DNA of 64,000 nucleotides from Nemertoderma westbladi (Eukaryota > Animalia > Xenacoelomorpha): NCBI GenBank assembly GCA_032718475.1, contig JAUCBJ010001654.1, positions 1-64,000 on the forward strand, given 5' to 3'. The position numbers were made by a program, and so were the translations under genes. The notes below the pieces were generated by a model. It had not been told where the DNA came from. It ran no database searches and worked only from the letters and a program-made list of their open reading frames with translations. Of the stretch, positions 61,777 to 64,000 are shown in pieces (position 1 is the first letter of the stretch; every line of letters starts with the position of its first letter).

Positions 61777-64000
61777 ATGGAAGAACAATCAAATACAAAC
61801 TCACCCACCGCAGGTCATCAAGACCAGAGAAAATCATGGGAACGGGTTTGGTCTACAGATGACATTCGCAGCGGTGCAGGAAACTGGTCGCTAGCATCGG
61901 ATGCAGGTTTGCTGCTGAAGCTACAGAACTGGTCGAGCACATTGGTAAGCGCTACTCACACCACCGAGGGTCATGTAGAAGACCTCAACCACTCCCTCAA
62001 GGGTGTAGACTGCCAACTCAGGAACATCTTCAATAACTTCAACATGTTGGAGAACCAGCAATACGTAGAGAACCGAATCGATCCGTCGCATCTCGCTGCT
62101 GAAACGGAGGAACAGCCATCGGCACCGGCAGAACGCACTAAAGCAGAACGCGAACTGGAACTGGTTTCCGCTGTGAAGGCTGCAGTTGAGTTGGGACTCT
62201 CGGTTATGGAGAATGCGTTCCAACGACTCGACGTTAACATCGCTGTTGACGACTCTGAGGATGAAGAAGGATTTGCCAGCGATCCCATCCTCGAACCCAA
62301 GGATCTATATGCTCACCGTCCACTGCCATTCATCATCGGAACCAACGAGTTCATGCAGGATGACTCGTGTGGGTTGGCCGACCAGTCTGATGAAGATGAA
62401 GGTTCCGAAGAGATTGTAGAAGGCCTCGTTGAGAAAGTGGAGGAAACCGATGAAGATTCGTCAAGTAGCGTCGAGTCCAGCGACGTTAGTGACTCCGGGA
62501 AGCCGCCTGTTGCTATTAGTAGATCGCTGCAACCGATGACGTCATCAAGCGATGACGAGGTGTCACTTCCGGGTGTACCATCGGGTCCAGCTCCCCCTGT
62601 AGACTACTCAACAGCCTCATCAGTAGAAGATGATTCTTTATTCACGTCCAAATCAGGATTATTCGCCTCCGGGGCGACTCGATTCAGCGACGAAGAGGAC
62701 GACATCTTCACAGAGAAACCCACCAGTAAACCGCGACTTCCTCCCGGTGCGGTATCGGTGTTCGCACCGCCGGGAGTTGTTGCTAGGAAACCAAGTGGTC
62801 CGGAAACCCCAGAGGTCAAACCAACGGAAGTAAAACAACCTGAAGCGAAACCAAGGAAAAGCAACGTGTTTGAGGATTCGGATTCAGACGATTTATTCTC
62901 CTTCGCGAAGAAATCAGAGGAACCCAAACGGAAGACCAACACGTTTCTGTCGATCGAGTCAGATTCCTCGCCTCCACCTCCCCGTGCCGTAGTCCCGTCC
63001 AGCCCAGCAGCAGCAGCCCCGCCCACCCGCCCCGCTACTCTCAGTCTCTTCGACGACAACGCGGATGACGACACTGACGACGACCTGTTTGGAGACATCG
63101 ACCCGGTCCGTCATGACCCCGTGGACAAACAGAGGACCGGCACCGGGGTGTTCCGCAACGAGGGGCTCCTCTTCAGTTCCTCCGGACAGATGGATGATGT
63201 CCCGGATTACGATCTGTTCACTCCGACTACACCCACCTCTACAGTCGGTTCATCTGGTGGCATACCCATTGCGAAGGCGGATAAACCCATCTCTGAGTCC
63301 GAGAAAACCGTCCCGGAAATGGAAACAACGGATAAGAAAATGGGGAAGACAGCAGCAGATTCAGAAATTCTCAGCCCCGAAAAACCGCTAGTGACTCCCA
63401 AGAAAGAAGTTGCGGTTAAAAAACCGTTTGGTGGTGTTTCTATGTTCGGTGGAGTCAAACCATTCGGTTCGGATTCCGACAGCGATGATCTGTTCTCTAC
63501 ACCAAAATCGAAACCCGTGCAAAAAGTGAAGGAAAGCAACCGGGAGAGTGTTGTCCCACCCCTGAGTCAGGACAGTGTTGTGCCAGAGGACAGCCCCTCC
63601 GTGATCAAAAAAACCAATAAACCGATTAAATCATCTTCGGTTTTCCTTGACGATTCAGATGATGATGATTTGTTCAAGTTACCGAAATTAAACAAGTCCG
63701 TTTTCTCAGACGCTAAGAATAAATCCGATTCGTCGGAAAGTCTGGATGATTTGTTTGCTGTTACACCAAAGGGGTTAAACGAAAAGTCTATGAATAATGA
63801 GTCTGTCCCAGTCAAACGCGTGTCTTCCTCAGAAAACCCTGACAGAGCTGAATCACTTTTTGACAAAAAATCTGAATCACCGATATCTCCTATTGACAAA
63901 TATAATAAATTGACAACACAGAAAACATTCAAAACTGATTCAATCTCATCACCTCTTGACAAAACTGCACTTCTTGGCAAAACTAATTCAATCTCATCAC
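61777..64000 (+). CDS. WASHC2: WASH complex subunit 2 (FAM21), N-terminal portion, runs off the window
   Basis: Read by hand; absent from the ORF track because it has no stop in the window. Motifs WERVWSTDDIR, NWSLASDAGLL, FNMLENQQYVENRI and ILEPKDLYAHRPLPFIIGT, then LFa motifs VFEDSDSDDLF, LFDDNADDDTDDDLF, VFLDDSDDDDLF and KKPFGGVSMFGG. An alternative in-frame ATG lies at 61750. Confidence 0.93.
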   Translation, partial: MEEQSNTNSPTAGHQDQRKSWERVWSTDDIRSGAGNWSLASDAGLLLKLQNWSSTLVSATHTTEGHVEDLNHSLKGVDCQLRNIFNNFNMLENQQYVENRIDPSHLAAETEEQPSAPAERTKAERELELVSAVKAAVELGLSVMENAFQRLDVNIAVDDSEDEEGFASDPILEPKDLYAHRPLPFIIGTNEFMQDDSCGLADQSDEDEGSEEIVEGLVEKVEETDEDSSSSVESSDVSDSGKPPVAISRSLQPMTSSSDDEVSLPGVPSGPAPPVDYSTASSVEDDSLFTSKSGLFASGATRFSDEEDDIFTEKPTSKPRLPPGAVSVFAPPGVVARKPSGPETPEVKPTEVKQPEAKPRKSNVFEDSDSDDLFSFAKKSEEPKRKTNTFLSIESDSSPPPPRAVVPSSPAAAAPPTRPATLSLFDDNADDDTDDDLFGDIDPVRHDPVDKQRTGTGVFRNEGLLFSSSGQMDDVPDYDLFTPTTPTSTVGSSGGIPIAKADKPISESEKTVPEMETTDKKMGKTAADSEILSPEKPLVTPKKEVAVKKPFGGVSMFGGVKPFGSDSDSDDLFSTPKSKPVQKVKESNRESVVPPLSQDSVVPEDSPSVIKKTNKPIKSSSVFLDDSDDDDLFKLPKLNKSVFSDAKNKSDSSESLDDLFAVTPKGLNEKSMNNESVPVKRVSSSENPDRAESLFDKKSESPISPIDKYNKLTTQKTFKTDSISSPLDKTALLGKTNSISS

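Noticed and set aside
61921-63980. Short ORFs listed over the last 2 kb
   Set aside because: They are shadow frames of the WASHC2 ORF, which the track missed because it has no stop in the window.

Overview
Repeat-rich eukaryotic DNA, most likely from a bilaterian invertebrate (inferred from gene content), not prokaryotic. 1-9566 is a head-to-tail array of four non-autonomous Helitrons on the minus strand (two families, order A-B-B'-A', each TC...hairpin-CTAG). The array sits at an A^T site inside the 5' LTR of a Mag-like Ty3/Gypsy retrotransposon (9567-14244). Each Helitron carries a tandem array of 146-147 bp units, and nearly every unit has a co-oriented CTCF-consensus motif, often with the upstream TGCAG module at canonical spacing. 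This candidate mobile insulator array is the most interesting signal in the window. Then follow a C-rich satellite whose minus strand could form G-quadruplexes, nested MITEs, SINE fragments and an RTE-like LINE with a twin-priming 5' inversion. A single-coding-exon OATP/SLCO transporter gene lies at 30172-32442, followed by a 14.6 kb modular satellite with nested higher-order repeats and hAT- and piggyBac-like MITEs. The window ends in an uninterrupted WASHC2/FAM21 ORF that runs off the end. All calls are by eye and no database search was run.
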